Shown: positions 1-9,031, counted from the stretch's first letter. The stretch is 53,631 bases of DNA from Candidatus Ancillula kalotermitis (GCA_031273495.1 JAISRT010000041.1:1-53631), one strand, 5' to 3'. A program made the numbers and translations. The notes: generated by a model from the letters alone, not told the origin.

Positions 1-91
1 GATTAGCGTAGATTCTCAAGTTTACGAGCCACAATGGACAACTTGTTGTATATTTTTGGCGACAAACGCAGAAAATCGAGCGATTAGCGAG

Positions 92-250
92 ATTCTCGGG
101 ACAAGCCCAAGAATGACAGGAGACGTCAAGCCCAGGGGTGACAGGAGACGTCAAGCCCAGGGGTGACCGGAGACGTCAAGCCCAGGGGTGACAGGAGACG
201 TCAAGCCCAAGAATGACAGGAGACGTCAAGCCCAGGGGTGACAGTAATGA
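92..250. repeat. Repeat cluster A: terminal hairpin module plus 25-bp tandem repeat (about 5.7 copies, 103-244)
   Basis: Unit AAGCCCA(GGGG/AGAA)TGACAGGAGACGTC repeats at 103, 128, 153, 178, 203 and 228. 92-114 is the minus-sense hairpin ATTCTTGGG-CTTGT-CCCGAGAAT. Confidence 0.9.
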
Positions 251-281
251 GGGGTAATATGTCATCTTTGACTACAAGTCG

Positions 282-290
282 TGCTATACT
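282..290 (+). promoter_or_regulatory. Extended -10 box TGCTATACT upstream of the GT2 gene
   Basis: The 6-nt spacer GATGAA is followed by ATA 297, which is in frame with the GT2 ORF. Confidence 0.6.
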
Positions 291-377
291 GATGAAATAG
301 GTATATTAACATTATTCGACTATCTGCTCATTGTTATTGGGCTGTTTGGGTTCTGCTACCAATTTTTCTGCATTATC

Positions 378-1565
378 GTGGGCTGGTTCGGCAAGCCTCT
401 GGTATACCCTGACATCCCGCCTAGGCGGATATGCGCGATAATCTCCGCTAGAAATGAGTCTGCAGTTATAGGCAATCTGATTGACTCGCTCAACAGCCAA
501 GAGTATGACAAGGACTTTCTTGATGTGTGGGTGTGCGCAGACAACTGCACTGACTCAACTGCCCAAATATGCCGCGACAAAGGTGCATATGTCGTTGAGC
601 GCTTTAATCAAGAGATGATCGGGAAGGGGTATGCTCTAAGTTATCTCTTCAACAATATCCGGAAGGGGCTCTTCGGCGAGTCAGAGTTCACGAGTAGCAA
701 TCCTGCAGAGCTAGCGAAGCGGACCGCGCAGTATGAGGCATTTCTAGTCTTGGATGCCGACAACATTCTGGAACCTGATTACGTTAAGGAGATGAACAAG
801 GTATTCTCAGACTCTAACCGTGTAGTCACCAGCTACCGCAACTCGAAGAACTTCAATTCGAACTGGATCTCCTCTGGCTCAGCACTATGGTTTGTCCGCG
901 AGTCGAGGCTCTTGAATAACTCTCGGTCTATCTTCGGGGCAAGTTGCCACGTCGGAGGCACTGGGTTTATGTTCGCACGTTCGATTATGGAGCGCAATGA
1001 CGGGTGGAAGCATCATCTCTTGACCGAGGACCTTGAGTTCACTATGGACTGCGTGTTGCATGGTGACAAAGTGGCGTATTGTGGGACTGCAGTGCTGTAT
1101 GACGAGCAGCCAGTGACATTTTCGCAGTCTTGGAGGCAACGTTTGCGGTGGTCGAAAGGGTTCTTGCAAGTCTTCAGTCACTACGGCCCCAAACTCATCC
1201 GACAAGCGTTTAGTCGGGGTGACTTTTCTTGTGTGGACTTGACGATCTTAATTTTCCCGTGGATATTGATCAGCATTATACGCATTCTAATCGGACTACT
1301 GTATGTCCTGTTAGGGTTTGTCTCGTTTGGCTCGCAGTTGAACTCAGTCAGTCAGTCTGTCTTTACCATGGTGTTGGGGTCACTGTTCTTGATGTGCATC
1401 GCTGCGCTGACGGTCCTGATTGAGGGGAAGAAAATTGGAGCATCGCGCCTCGAACTTCTGGGCTACGTGATATCCTTCCCGCTCTTCATCCTCAGCTACA
1501 TCCCAATCTCATTTTACGCAATTTTCTCCAAGGTGGAATGGAAGCCGATTGAGCATGGCAACTGA
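378..1565 (+). CDS. Family-2 glycosyltransferase, membrane-embedded (processive synthase-like)
   Basis: 395-aa ORF with GT-A motifs (ISARNES, LDADN) and QRLRWSKG, the Q(R/Q)xRW motif of processive GT2 enzymes. Several C-terminal TM helices. The 27 in-frame codons upstream (297-377) encode a TM helix but contain no ATG/GTG/TTG (see findings). Confidence 0.85.
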   Translation: MGWFGKPLVYPDIPPRRICAIISARNESAVIGNLIDSLNSQEYDKDFLDVWVCADNCTDSTAQICRDKGAYVVERFNQEMIGKGYALSYLFNNIRKGLFGESEFTSSNPAELAKRTAQYEAFLVLDADNILEPDYVKEMNKVFSDSNRVVTSYRNSKNFNSNWISSGSALWFVRESRLLNNSRSIFGASCHVGGTGFMFARSIMERNDGWKHHLLTEDLEFTMDCVLHGDKVAYCGTAVLYDEQPVTFSQSWRQRLRWSKGFLQVFSHYGPKLIRQAFSRGDFSCVDLTILIFPWILISIIRILIGLLYVLLGFVSFGSQLNSVSQSVFTMVLGSLFLMCIAALTVLIEGKKIGASRLELLGYVISFPLFILSYIPISFYAIFSKVEWKPIEHGN

Positions 1566-3156
1566 GAGCATAGCGATTGTAGGGATGCCGGCGAGTGGTA
1601 AGTCCAGAGTGGGTGTCGCACTTGCGGACTTGTTAAACTTTAGGCTTCTCGATCTAGACATGGCAATAGAAGAGGCGCAGGGCATGTCAATTAGCCAGAT
1701 ATTTCAGCGCCACGGCGAGGAACACTTCCGAAAGGTGGAAACTGCGCATCTGGAAGCCGCACTCAGCCAGAAAGGGTGTGTCATCTCGTTGGGCGGCGGT
1801 GTGCTTGAGTCGCGGGCAAACAGGAGTGCACTGCGCAAGTTTAGGGTAGCAGGTGGCTTGGTCGTGTATATAGAAACTGATGCAGAACTTGCAAAGTCAA
1901 GGATTTCCAAAAAGGACACTAGGCCCATTTTCGTGCAGAACGGGTTGGACTACTGGGATGTGTTGCTCAAGAGAAGGAGCAAGCATTTTATACAGAATGC
2001 CGACATCAGGATTAAGACATCGCTAGGCGGGGGGGAGTTCCTTGAGGCAGAAGTGGTAGCAGAAAAAATTTTTGCGCAACTTAATACTCGTCGAGTGTTG
2101 GTCGAGCGTGATAATGACATTAAGTATAGCATAACTATTGGCAGATGTTTAATCGAGCAGATTCCGACAAGGATTACACCCGACGCAAGTGTCGCTGTTT
2201 TGTACACCGAGTCCGTGGCAGACCATAAGAGCAGTGTCGTCGCCGAACTCAAAAAGCGAGGCCTCCGAGTGTCTGAATGTGTAGTGGCTGACGCCGAGAA
2301 CGGGAAGACCGTTGCAGAATATGAGCGCACGCTAGATTTTCTTGCCGAAAGAGGGTTCACGCGCTCTGACTTCATAATTGCAATTGGTGGCGGTGCACTG
2401 ACCGATATGGCTGGGTTAGTTGCCGCGAGTTTCTTGCGCGGCGTTCAATTCATCAATGTGCCGACGTCAACCCTGGCAGCAGTCGACGCGTCCACTGGTG
2501 GAAAAACGGGCATTAACCTCAGGGCGGGCAAAAACCTCTGCGGCGCGTTTTATGAACCTGAGGCTGTGTATATTGACCTCGACTTCTTCAAGACACTCCA
2601 CGCACGCGAGTTCAACGAGGGGCTTGGTGAGGCTCTCAAAATGGGACTACTATTTGATCAAGAACTGGTGGGATTGCTATTTGACGAGCACACTCGAAAC
2701 GCTAAGTTGGAGGAAATAGTCTACAGGTGTGTCAAGCTGAAGGCGGAAGTCGTTTCGAAAGACCTCTACGATTCGGGGCTCCGTGAGTTCCTTAATTACG
2801 GGCACACTTTCGCCCACGCGGTTGAAAAACTTGAACATTTTAAGATTCGCCACGGTGAAGCGGTAGCATTGGGCTGTATTTTCGCTGCACATTTGGCATT
2901 CAAGCTCGGTATGCTGACTGAAGACGACGTGAAATTGCATTATAGGCTAGTTAAAGCAGTGGGACTACCGTATTCTTGGGGGGCAGGTGTGTCCTTTGAC
3001 GACGTCTTGAACGCTATGCGGCTCGACAAGAAAAATAAGTCTGGAACACGACGATTTGTGCTACTAGATGGGCTACAGAACCCAAGGATTGTCGAGGATC
3101 CCGAACTGCACGCGATGAGTTACGCTTTCGAAATGGTCCAGCGTGCTATACTTTAG
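1549..3156 (+). CDS. aroB: Bifunctional shikimate kinase / 3-dehydroquinate synthase (AroK-AroB fusion)
   Basis: 535 aa. N-terminal P-loop IAIVGMPASGKS is shikimate-kinase-like. The C-terminal part has DHQS motifs (GGGALTDMAG, DASTGGKTGIN, HGEAVALG). Overlaps the GT2 stop by 17 nt. Confidence 0.85.
   Translation: MSMATESIAIVGMPASGKSRVGVALADLLNFRLLDLDMAIEEAQGMSISQIFQRHGEEHFRKVETAHLEAALSQKGCVISLGGGVLESRANRSALRKFRVAGGLVVYIETDAELAKSRISKKDTRPIFVQNGLDYWDVLLKRRSKHFIQNADIRIKTSLGGGEFLEAEVVAEKIFAQLNTRRVLVERDNDIKYSITIGRCLIEQIPTRITPDASVAVLYTESVADHKSSVVAELKKRGLRVSECVVADAENGKTVAEYERTLDFLAERGFTRSDFIIAIGGGALTDMAGLVAASFLRGVQFINVPTSTLAAVDASTGGKTGINLRAGKNLCGAFYEPEAVYIDLDFFKTLHAREFNEGLGEALKMGLLFDQELVGLLFDEHTRNAKLEEIVYRCVKLKAEVVSKDLYDSGLREFLNYGHTFAHAVEKLEHFKIRHGEAVALGCIFAAHLAFKLGMLTEDDVKLHYRLVKAVGLPYSWGAGVSFDDVLNAMRLDKKNKSGTRRFVLLDGLQNPRIVEDPELHAMSYAFEMVQRAIL
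3144..3152 (+). promoter_or_regulatory. Extended -10 box TGCTATACT inside the aroKB 3' end, ahead of leaderless mfd
   Basis: A 7-nt spacer is followed by ATG 3160. No SD. Confidence 0.6.
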
Positions 3157-3159
3157 AAA

Positions 3160-5622
3160 ATGTCTCCTCTAGAGCTACTTAACCAGATTGAGGTTGATGA
3201 CGAAGAGTACTTTGACCAAGTGCTGAGGGTCGGTATGCAGAAAAATTTCGATGTTAGCAGTCGAGTCGTTGCAGTGCGCCAAATTCGCCCTTTGCTAGTC
3301 TTATCCTTGAGCAAGTTCCGACAAGTCTGGAGCCTGACGCAAATCAGGAAGAAACTGGTGTTGAAGCGTTTTCAAGTGGGGTCTGAGCAGCAGAAAGGCA
3401 CTTTAACGGGGTCGGCTGGTAGTAGTGTCAACATTGCAGTGGATCTAGAGTTCCCGATGCACTTACTGTTGGCCGCACTAGTGGATTCTGGTTATGTGAG
3501 GTCTAGTGCAGTCGAAGAAGCAGGGGAGTTCCTGACGCTAGGCGATTCGGTGATACTATTTCCACCAGAGAACGCAGTGCCAATTAAGATCGAGTATTTT
3601 GGTGATGTCATTGAGTCCATTTATTCATTTGACACCGCGTCTGGGGTGAAAGTGCGTGACTATGAGGAGTACTCAATTGAGAGATGTGGACATACTGCTG
3701 CTGAAGGCTTGGACGAGTTGTATGACTGGTCTGCCACCGATTTTGTAGATGAACAGTGGGACTTCCAGGGAAAAAATGCTATAGTGCTGATTCTGGATCC
3801 CGAGATGATAAGTGACGCGCTCAATGATCAGTATTTGGCACTCATAACGCAGTTGCACAAAAAGGACATACCGAGTGTCAGTGTTAATGGTTTTGGTGAG
3901 TATTTTGATACCGTTCAGGTCAAGTCGATAGAACTATTGTTAGAGTTCCAGAAGTGCTTGGCGAACTCGAGCCTACAGGGAGCACTTGATAATTTTCTTG
4001 GCGTTAACGAGCAACGAAAGCGTGAGAAGCCCAAACGCCCTCCGCTAGACCTAAAAACACTTGAAGTTGGTGACTTTCTGGTGCATGATTATCATGGAAT
4101 CGGTAAGTTCCTAGGCACTGAGCAGCATGAAAATGAGTATGGCGATCTTGAGGAGTATCTAGTCGTGGAATATGCGTCAGGTTTGCGGAAAAAAGATGCC
4201 CCACCAGACTTCTTATTCGTGCCATCGAATAGCACAGTGCACTTGAGTAAATACATCGGCTCAACGACACCCAAATTGTCGCGGTTTGGCGGTGAGGATT
4301 TCGCTAAAGTTAAGGCACTAACTAGGCGTCACGCCAAGGATATCGCGAAGAACTTGATTAAAATCTATTCGGAGAGAGTGTCAAGGCCTGGGATAGCGTT
4401 CCCCAGAAATGGTGCCGAACTACACGAACTTGAAAAGAGCTTCAAATACGAGTTGACTCCTGACCAGGAAGCTGCAATTACTGATGTCACGCGAGATATG
4501 GAGTCCGATTTCCCAATGGACAGGCTAGTCTGCGGTGATGTCGGGTTCGGTAAGACTGAAGTTGCGATACGTGCGGCATACAAAGCAGTGATTTCAGGGT
4601 ATCAGGTCGCAATAGTCGCACCAACCACAATTTTAACCTCTCAGCACTACGACACGTTTACTCAGAGGCTGGCGAAACTTGGTGTGAATGTGAAATTGCT
4701 CAACCGCTTCGTCTCTGCTGCAGAACGGAAAAGCACTCTTGTAGGCGTGAAAAATGGTGAAGTTGACATAATAATAGGCACCCACGCATTGTTCAATAAG
4801 AGTATCGAGTACAAAAACTTGGGGTTGCTGATTATTGACGAGGAACAACGCTTCGGGACGCTGCACAAAGAGCTGATTAAAGAGCAGAACTCGAATGTTG
4901 ATGTACTTGCGCTTTCTGCGACGCCAATACCTAGAACTTTGGAGATGGCGCTGTCGGGGGTGCGGGACATATCAACCATTTCTACACCTCCGAAGAATCG
5001 CCGACCGATAATAACCAATGTGCTCAAAATGAATGACCAGCTGATATTGGATGCCATAATGCGGGAGGTTCTGCGTGGCGGGCAAGTCTTCCTTTTGCAC
5101 AATAACACCCACTCGATTAGGCGTAGACTGCTAGCCCTACAGACTGCGTTGCCCAATGTTCGCTTTGACCTTGCTCACGGGAAAATGACTGAAATGAAGC
5201 TCGACACGATAATCGATGCGTTTTATAAGAAGCATATTGACGTGCTCGTCTGCACAACTATTGTGGAAACTGGGCTCGACATCAGTAATGCCAACACTCT
5301 AATAATTGAAAATGCCCAGGATTTCGGGCTCACTCAACTCCACCAGTTACGCGGTAGGATTGGGCGTTCTGAGGTTCAAGGATACGCCTACTTCTTTTAC
5401 GGCGACAAAATGCTCTTCAGTGCGCAGGCGGCAAAACGGCTGGAAATTGTGCAAAACCTGAATGAACTTGGCTCAGGTGTTGCAATCGCCATGAAAGACC
5501 TCCAGATGCGCGGCGCGGGTAACTTCCTTGGGTCTGAGCAGTCGGGTCATATATCAGGCGTTGGCTACAATCTTTACATCGAGATGATAAATGATGCTGT
5601 CGAGCGCATGCGACACGCCTAA
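3160..5622 (+). CDS. mfd: Transcription-repair coupling factor, compact form
   Basis: 820 aa. RNAP-interaction-like segment (GDFLVHDYHGIGKF), helicase motifs GDVGFGKTEVA and DEEQRFG, TRG-like end LQMRGAGNFLGSEQSGH. Shorter than the usual ~1150-1200 aa. Confidence 0.85.
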   Translation: MSPLELLNQIEVDDEEYFDQVLRVGMQKNFDVSSRVVAVRQIRPLLVLSLSKFRQVWSLTQIRKKLVLKRFQVGSEQQKGTLTGSAGSSVNIAVDLEFPMHLLLAALVDSGYVRSSAVEEAGEFLTLGDSVILFPPENAVPIKIEYFGDVIESIYSFDTASGVKVRDYEEYSIERCGHTAAEGLDELYDWSATDFVDEQWDFQGKNAIVLILDPEMISDALNDQYLALITQLHKKDIPSVSVNGFGEYFDTVQVKSIELLLEFQKCLANSSLQGALDNFLGVNEQRKREKPKRPPLDLKTLEVGDFLVHDYHGIGKFLGTEQHENEYGDLEEYLVVEYASGLRKKDAPPDFLFVPSNSTVHLSKYIGSTTPKLSRFGGEDFAKVKALTRRHAKDIAKNLIKIYSERVSRPGIAFPRNGAELHELEKSFKYELTPDQEAAITDVTRDMESDFPMDRLVCGDVGFGKTEVAIRAAYKAVISGYQVAIVAPTTILTSQHYDTFTQRLAKLGVNVKLLNRFVSAAERKSTLVGVKNGEVDIIIGTHALFNKSIEYKNLGLLIIDEEQRFGTLHKELIKEQNSNVDVLALSATPIPRTLEMALSGVRDISTISTPPKNRRPIITNVLKMNDQLILDAIMREVLRGGQVFLLHNNTHSIRRRLLALQTALPNVRFDLAHGKMTEMKLDTIIDAFYKKHIDVLVCTTIVETGLDISNANTLIIENAQDFGLTQLHQLRGRIGRSEVQGYAYFFYGDKMLFSAQAAKRLEIVQNLNELGSGVAIAMKDLQMRGAGNFLGSEQSGHISGVGYNLYIEMINDAVERMRHA

Positions 5623-7415
5623 ATATACTCCTTAGGGTCCAGGATGAACTTAACCTTATTGCTGAAACGCTTGATGAACGAGAAGTTACGGAGAAACTGC
5701 ACTAGTTTTGCTAAATTGCGTCCATCCTTTACTGACGACTTGATGATGTAACACTCGAGATTGTCAATTGACTGGTTGATGCTCCAATAGCGCTGATGAT
5801 AGGTTTCTCCGAGCGGAAATGGACCTTGAATGTCTAATTTAACATCGGGAAGAAACTCTGGAATTTGTGCTATACTCTGATTGAGGGCATCACGTGTCCC
5901 GATTATGCTAACCACCCTTGAAAACGGTGGCAGTGAGTTTATTTTGCGCGATTTTAGTTCCCTTAGCATCGCAGTTTCAGGATCAAGACGTTGGAGTGCA
6001 TCGCGGTATTTGTCTCCACCATTATTGATGAGCATTATGCCACCTTCGGGTTTAACTAGCGAAGCAGCATAAAACCACTTCTGGAGGGTGTTACTCGTGC
6101 CATCGAAGGAGTTGACCGCGTCCCAGTAGCCCGAATCCATTATAATCAGCAGTCCGTAGCCAGTTTTCGGTATTGGTTCCGCACCTGGGGTAGACACCAC
6201 AATCTGCTTTTCGTCGCTGAGTGTCCGAATTATGCCGCACTGCGCGGTAAGTGAACTAGAATTAATTAGAATGTTCGGGAACGCCACGCCGAGTTCACGC
6301 TTGATTTCCTCGGTGCCTATTCTGACTGAGCGCAGTTTCAAATTGTTGCACTGAGGGCATTTATAAAGTGGGAACTCCTTTGCGCAGTTGATGCAAGTCA
6401 AGATACCGTGCTCATTTGTGACTAGGGCAGACTCGCATATTTCACATGCCACTATTTCCCTGCAGTTGGCGCAAGCCAGTAGATTTTTGAAGCCTCTTCG
6501 TGGGTAGAGTAGCAGGACTGATTCGTCTTGTTCGAGTGTCTTGCGTATCGCGGAAAATGACGTTGAGGGGAGCTTTTGCCCATATTCTGGCGTGACTTGC
6601 GTGATACTCTTCTTAATTTTGAAAAGTTCATCTGCCACTGGGGTCTCTGCAGTCAAGAAGCCCATTTTGAGCAGGCGTAGAACCGAAAACGAGTGGACAT
6701 AATTGGTAAAATAGAGCTCGTCGGGGTCGCGGAGTAGGCATATTTCACGCGCATTGATGTATGGTGACTGCTCTTCTTTGAAATTAGGGTTACCGTCGTC
6801 GAAAATTACAACTACGTTCGGGGTAAACGGCGCTAGTGCGGCTGACCGCGTACCAATTACAATGCTTGCCGCACTGGTCAGAACTCTCAAATAGTTTCGA
6901 TACCGCTCGCTAGGTTTTAGTGTTGAAGTTATCGCTGCTATATGTTTCCGCGCTTCGGGGAGTTGCTCTTCTAGGCTTTGGGACAGCAGGTTTAATTGGT
7001 GTTCGTCAGGCATCAAGACTAGGCAGTTTTCACCCCGTTCAAGGCACTGCTCAATCTTCTCGGCTGCAAACTTTATATGCTCGTTAAGCTTCGGGAGTAA
7101 CGTCACTCCCACTTTTTTCTTCTCAACCTCAGTGCTGTTGTCGCTGCGCTGTCGGCTAGTCTGCGTTTGTGGGGTAGCGTTCTCGCTGAAGAGTGCCTCA
7201 GTCCGCGCTGCCCTTTTCGGGATTATGAACGCTAACAACTCCTGTATATTTGTGCCGTAATACTGGGCAATCTCGCGGTAAAGTTCAAGCAGTTCACGCG
7301 TCAGTACTGGAATCGTGGACAGCATTTTTCCTATGGGTTTGAGCTTGCCCGCGAATTCGCTCTCAGTAGAGATACCGATAATCACCCCTAGAAGGTTTCT
7401 GCCATGGAAAGGCAC
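5619..7415 (-). CDS. priA: Primosomal protein N' (PriA); minimum extent, probably continues to 7538
   Basis: 598 aa from the first canonical start (GTG 7415). Cys-rich zinc region (CANCREIVACEICES...CINC...CPQC). The 41 upstream in-frame codons (to 7538) encode a PriA-like N-terminus without a canonical start. Its stop overlaps the mfd stop by 4 nt. Confidence 0.8.
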   Translation of the reverse strand: MPFHGRNLLGVIIGISTESEFAGKLKPIGKMLSTIPVLTRELLELYREIAQYYGTNIQELLAFIIPKRAARTEALFSENATPQTQTSRQRSDNSTEVEKKKVGVTLLPKLNEHIKFAAEKIEQCLERGENCLVLMPDEHQLNLLSQSLEEQLPEARKHIAAITSTLKPSERYRNYLRVLTSAASIVIGTRSAALAPFTPNVVVIFDDGNPNFKEEQSPYINAREICLLRDPDELYFTNYVHSFSVLRLLKMGFLTAETPVADELFKIKKSITQVTPEYGQKLPSTSFSAIRKTLEQDESVLLLYPRRGFKNLLACANCREIVACEICESALVTNEHGILTCINCAKEFPLYKCPQCNNLKLRSVRIGTEEIKRELGVAFPNILINSSSLTAQCGIIRTLSDEKQIVVSTPGAEPIPKTGYGLLIIMDSGYWDAVNSFDGTSNTLQKWFYAASLVKPEGGIMLINNGGDKYRDALQRLDPETAMLRELKSRKINSLPPFSRVVSIIGTRDALNQSIAQIPEFLPDVKLDIQGPFPLGETYHQRYWSINQSIDNLECYIIKSSVKDGRNLAKLVQFLRNFSFIKRFSNKVKFILDPKEYI

Positions 7416-7544
7416 TTGAACCAGGAAGCCGAAATACTCTTGAGCGTCATTCTCCAGGCAGTCTGGCAGTAAAAAGTCAAACGACTCCCCAAGATGAAGG
7501 GGAGCGCCGATAACTGAAACCTGTGCAACTGCCGTGATTTAACA

Positions 7545-7553
7545 ATTATAGCA
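7545..7553 (-). promoter_or_regulatory. Extended -10 box TGCTATAAT (minus strand) for priA
   Basis: The spacer TGTTAA contains the in-frame stop TAA. It is followed by ATC at 7538-7536, the first codon of the open PriA frame. Confidence 0.65.
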
Positions 7554-7569
7554 CCTCCGAACGAAAATG

Positions 7570-7578
7570 CGCTATACT
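7570..7578 (+). promoter_or_regulatory. -10 box CGCTATACT for tRNA-Arg (and dgt)
   Basis: TATACT ends 8 nt before the mature tRNA 5' end (7587). Sits back-to-back with the priA box 16 bp away. Confidence 0.6.
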
Positions 7579-7586
7579 AGAGATAT

Positions 7587-7659
7587 GCCCTCGTAGCTCA
7601 GTGGATAGAGTGACGGTTTCCGGTACCGCAGGTCGCAGGTTCGACTCCTGTCGAGGGCA
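7587..7659 (+). tRNA. tRNA-Arg (anticodon CCG)
   Basis: Hand-folded 73-nt cloverleaf: acceptor GCCCTCG/CGAGGGC, D arm GCTC..GAGT, anticodon loop TTCCGGT, T arm GCAGG-TTCGACT-CCTGT, discriminator A. CCA is not encoded. Confidence 0.85.
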
Positions 7660-7660
7660 C

Positions 7661-8911
7661 TTGTCGAAAATTGAGTATTACTCTGCAGCTGATGCAGCGC
7701 GTTTTTCTGGTAATGAAAAGCATAATTCTGAACGCACTGATTTTGCTAGGGACCGCGCGCGCATCGTCCATTCTTCAGCATTGCGACGGCTTGGCGCCAA
7801 GACTCAGGTTATGGTTGCAGGCTTCGATGACTTTGTGCGAACGCGCCTAACACACTCCCTTGAAGTCGCTCAAATCGGGCGTGATATAGCATCTAGCCTA
7901 GGCCTCAGCCAAGATGTAGTTGAAGCAGCGTGCCTTGCACACGACCTCGGACACCCACCGTTCGGGCATTTTGGTGAATCGCTACTGGATGAAGTTGCCA
8001 AAGATATAGGTGGGTTTGAAGGGAATGCGCAGACTTTCAGGATTCTCACGCGCCTGGAGCCCAAAATCTTCAACCAAGACGCTGTGCCTTCTGGGTTAAA
8101 CTTGACGCGCGCAACACTTGACGCAATTCTGAAGTATCCCTGGGGTGCAGGTGAACTCAAAGACGTGAAGAAGTTCAACTATTACAGGGATGACGCGCCT
8201 GTGTTTGATTGGGTCAGGCAATATACACCAGAGAACAAGGTGCGCAAGAAGTGCATTGAGGCGCAAGTGATGGATCTGGCGGACGATATTAGCTACGCAA
8301 CGCATGATGTTCAGGACGGACTAGTTTCAGGCGGTTTTGCTGGTAACACCCTAAAAGTGCTTGAAGACCGCGGGCGCTGGAATTATATGCTTGAAGTGGC
8401 AGCGCAATGGTTTGGGAACGAGTTTACCGGAATAGACTTCGACTCTGCGAGGTATCGGCTCAAGGGGCTTGGTGTTTTCGACCTGGAGTATACTGGCACC
8501 TATATTAGCGCGGCGAAGTTGAGCAACCATATTTCAACACTTATCGGGCGTTTCGTGTCGAGTGCGATTTTAGCGACGAAGAATTACGCAGAGTCACTGG
8601 AGCTCGACGGGAACTTGACGAGATATAATGCTGACCTTATTTTGCCTACTGAACAGCGTGATGAGATTAAGCTTTTGATGGCGTTTTCTGCCGCATTTGT
8701 CATGTTGCCCAAGCGCGAGGGGAGAGAAGAAAAGGATGAGGCTGACATAATCGAGCGCCTGGTCGAGCATTTTTCAGTAGAGGACAACTTGGAGCCACAG
8801 TTTCTTGAAGTAGCGCGGCGTGCCGAAAATAGTGCCGAAAAGTTGCGCAACGTTGTTGACCAGATAGCGTCTTTGACAGATTTTAGCGCTAGAAAGATCG
8901 CTGGAAGGTAA
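7661..8911 (+). CDS. dgt: dGTP triphosphohydrolase-like HD-domain protein
   Basis: HD motif (LTHSLEVAQIGR...AHDLGHPPFGH) and N-terminal FARDRARIVHSSALRRLGAKTQV. The tracked ORF (7601) begins inside the tRNA. The first in-frame start after the tRNA is TTG 7661. Confidence 0.8.
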   Translation: MSKIEYYSAADAARFSGNEKHNSERTDFARDRARIVHSSALRRLGAKTQVMVAGFDDFVRTRLTHSLEVAQIGRDIASSLGLSQDVVEAACLAHDLGHPPFGHFGESLLDEVAKDIGGFEGNAQTFRILTRLEPKIFNQDAVPSGLNLTRATLDAILKYPWGAGELKDVKKFNYYRDDAPVFDWVRQYTPENKVRKKCIEAQVMDLADDISYATHDVQDGLVSGGFAGNTLKVLEDRGRWNYMLEVAAQWFGNEFTGIDFDSARYRLKGLGVFDLEYTGTYISAAKLSNHISTLIGRFVSSAILATKNYAESLELDGNLTRYNADLILPTEQRDEIKLLMAFSAAFVMLPKREGREEKDEADIIERLVEHFSVEDNLEPQFLEVARRAENSAEKLRNVVDQIASLTDFSARKIAGR

Positions 8912-8915
8912 AACG

Positions 8916-8924
8916 TGCTACACT
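8916..8924 (+). promoter_or_regulatory. Extended -10 box TGCTACACT upstream of tRNA-Pro/MFS
   Basis: Followed by ACTGAT-ATT, the same initial transcribed sequence as at 26209 and 31280. The predicted TSS (~8931) is 101 nt before tRNA-Pro. Confidence 0.55.
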
Positions 8925-9031
8925 ACTGATATTGTGGTATACGGGTTTATGCTCGTAGACTGTTTTTACAACTAAATATACAATTCTACTATCGTCAAGT
9001 ATACTGGGTTTCTTGTGTGCAGGCGGTTTCA

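Noticed and set aside
7601-7660. N-terminal parts of the tracked ORFs 7601-8911 and 9017-10420 as coding sequence.
   Set aside because: These segments are the tRNA-Arg and tRNA-Pro genes. The CDS were re-started at the first in-frame start after each tRNA (TTG 7661, GTG 9107).
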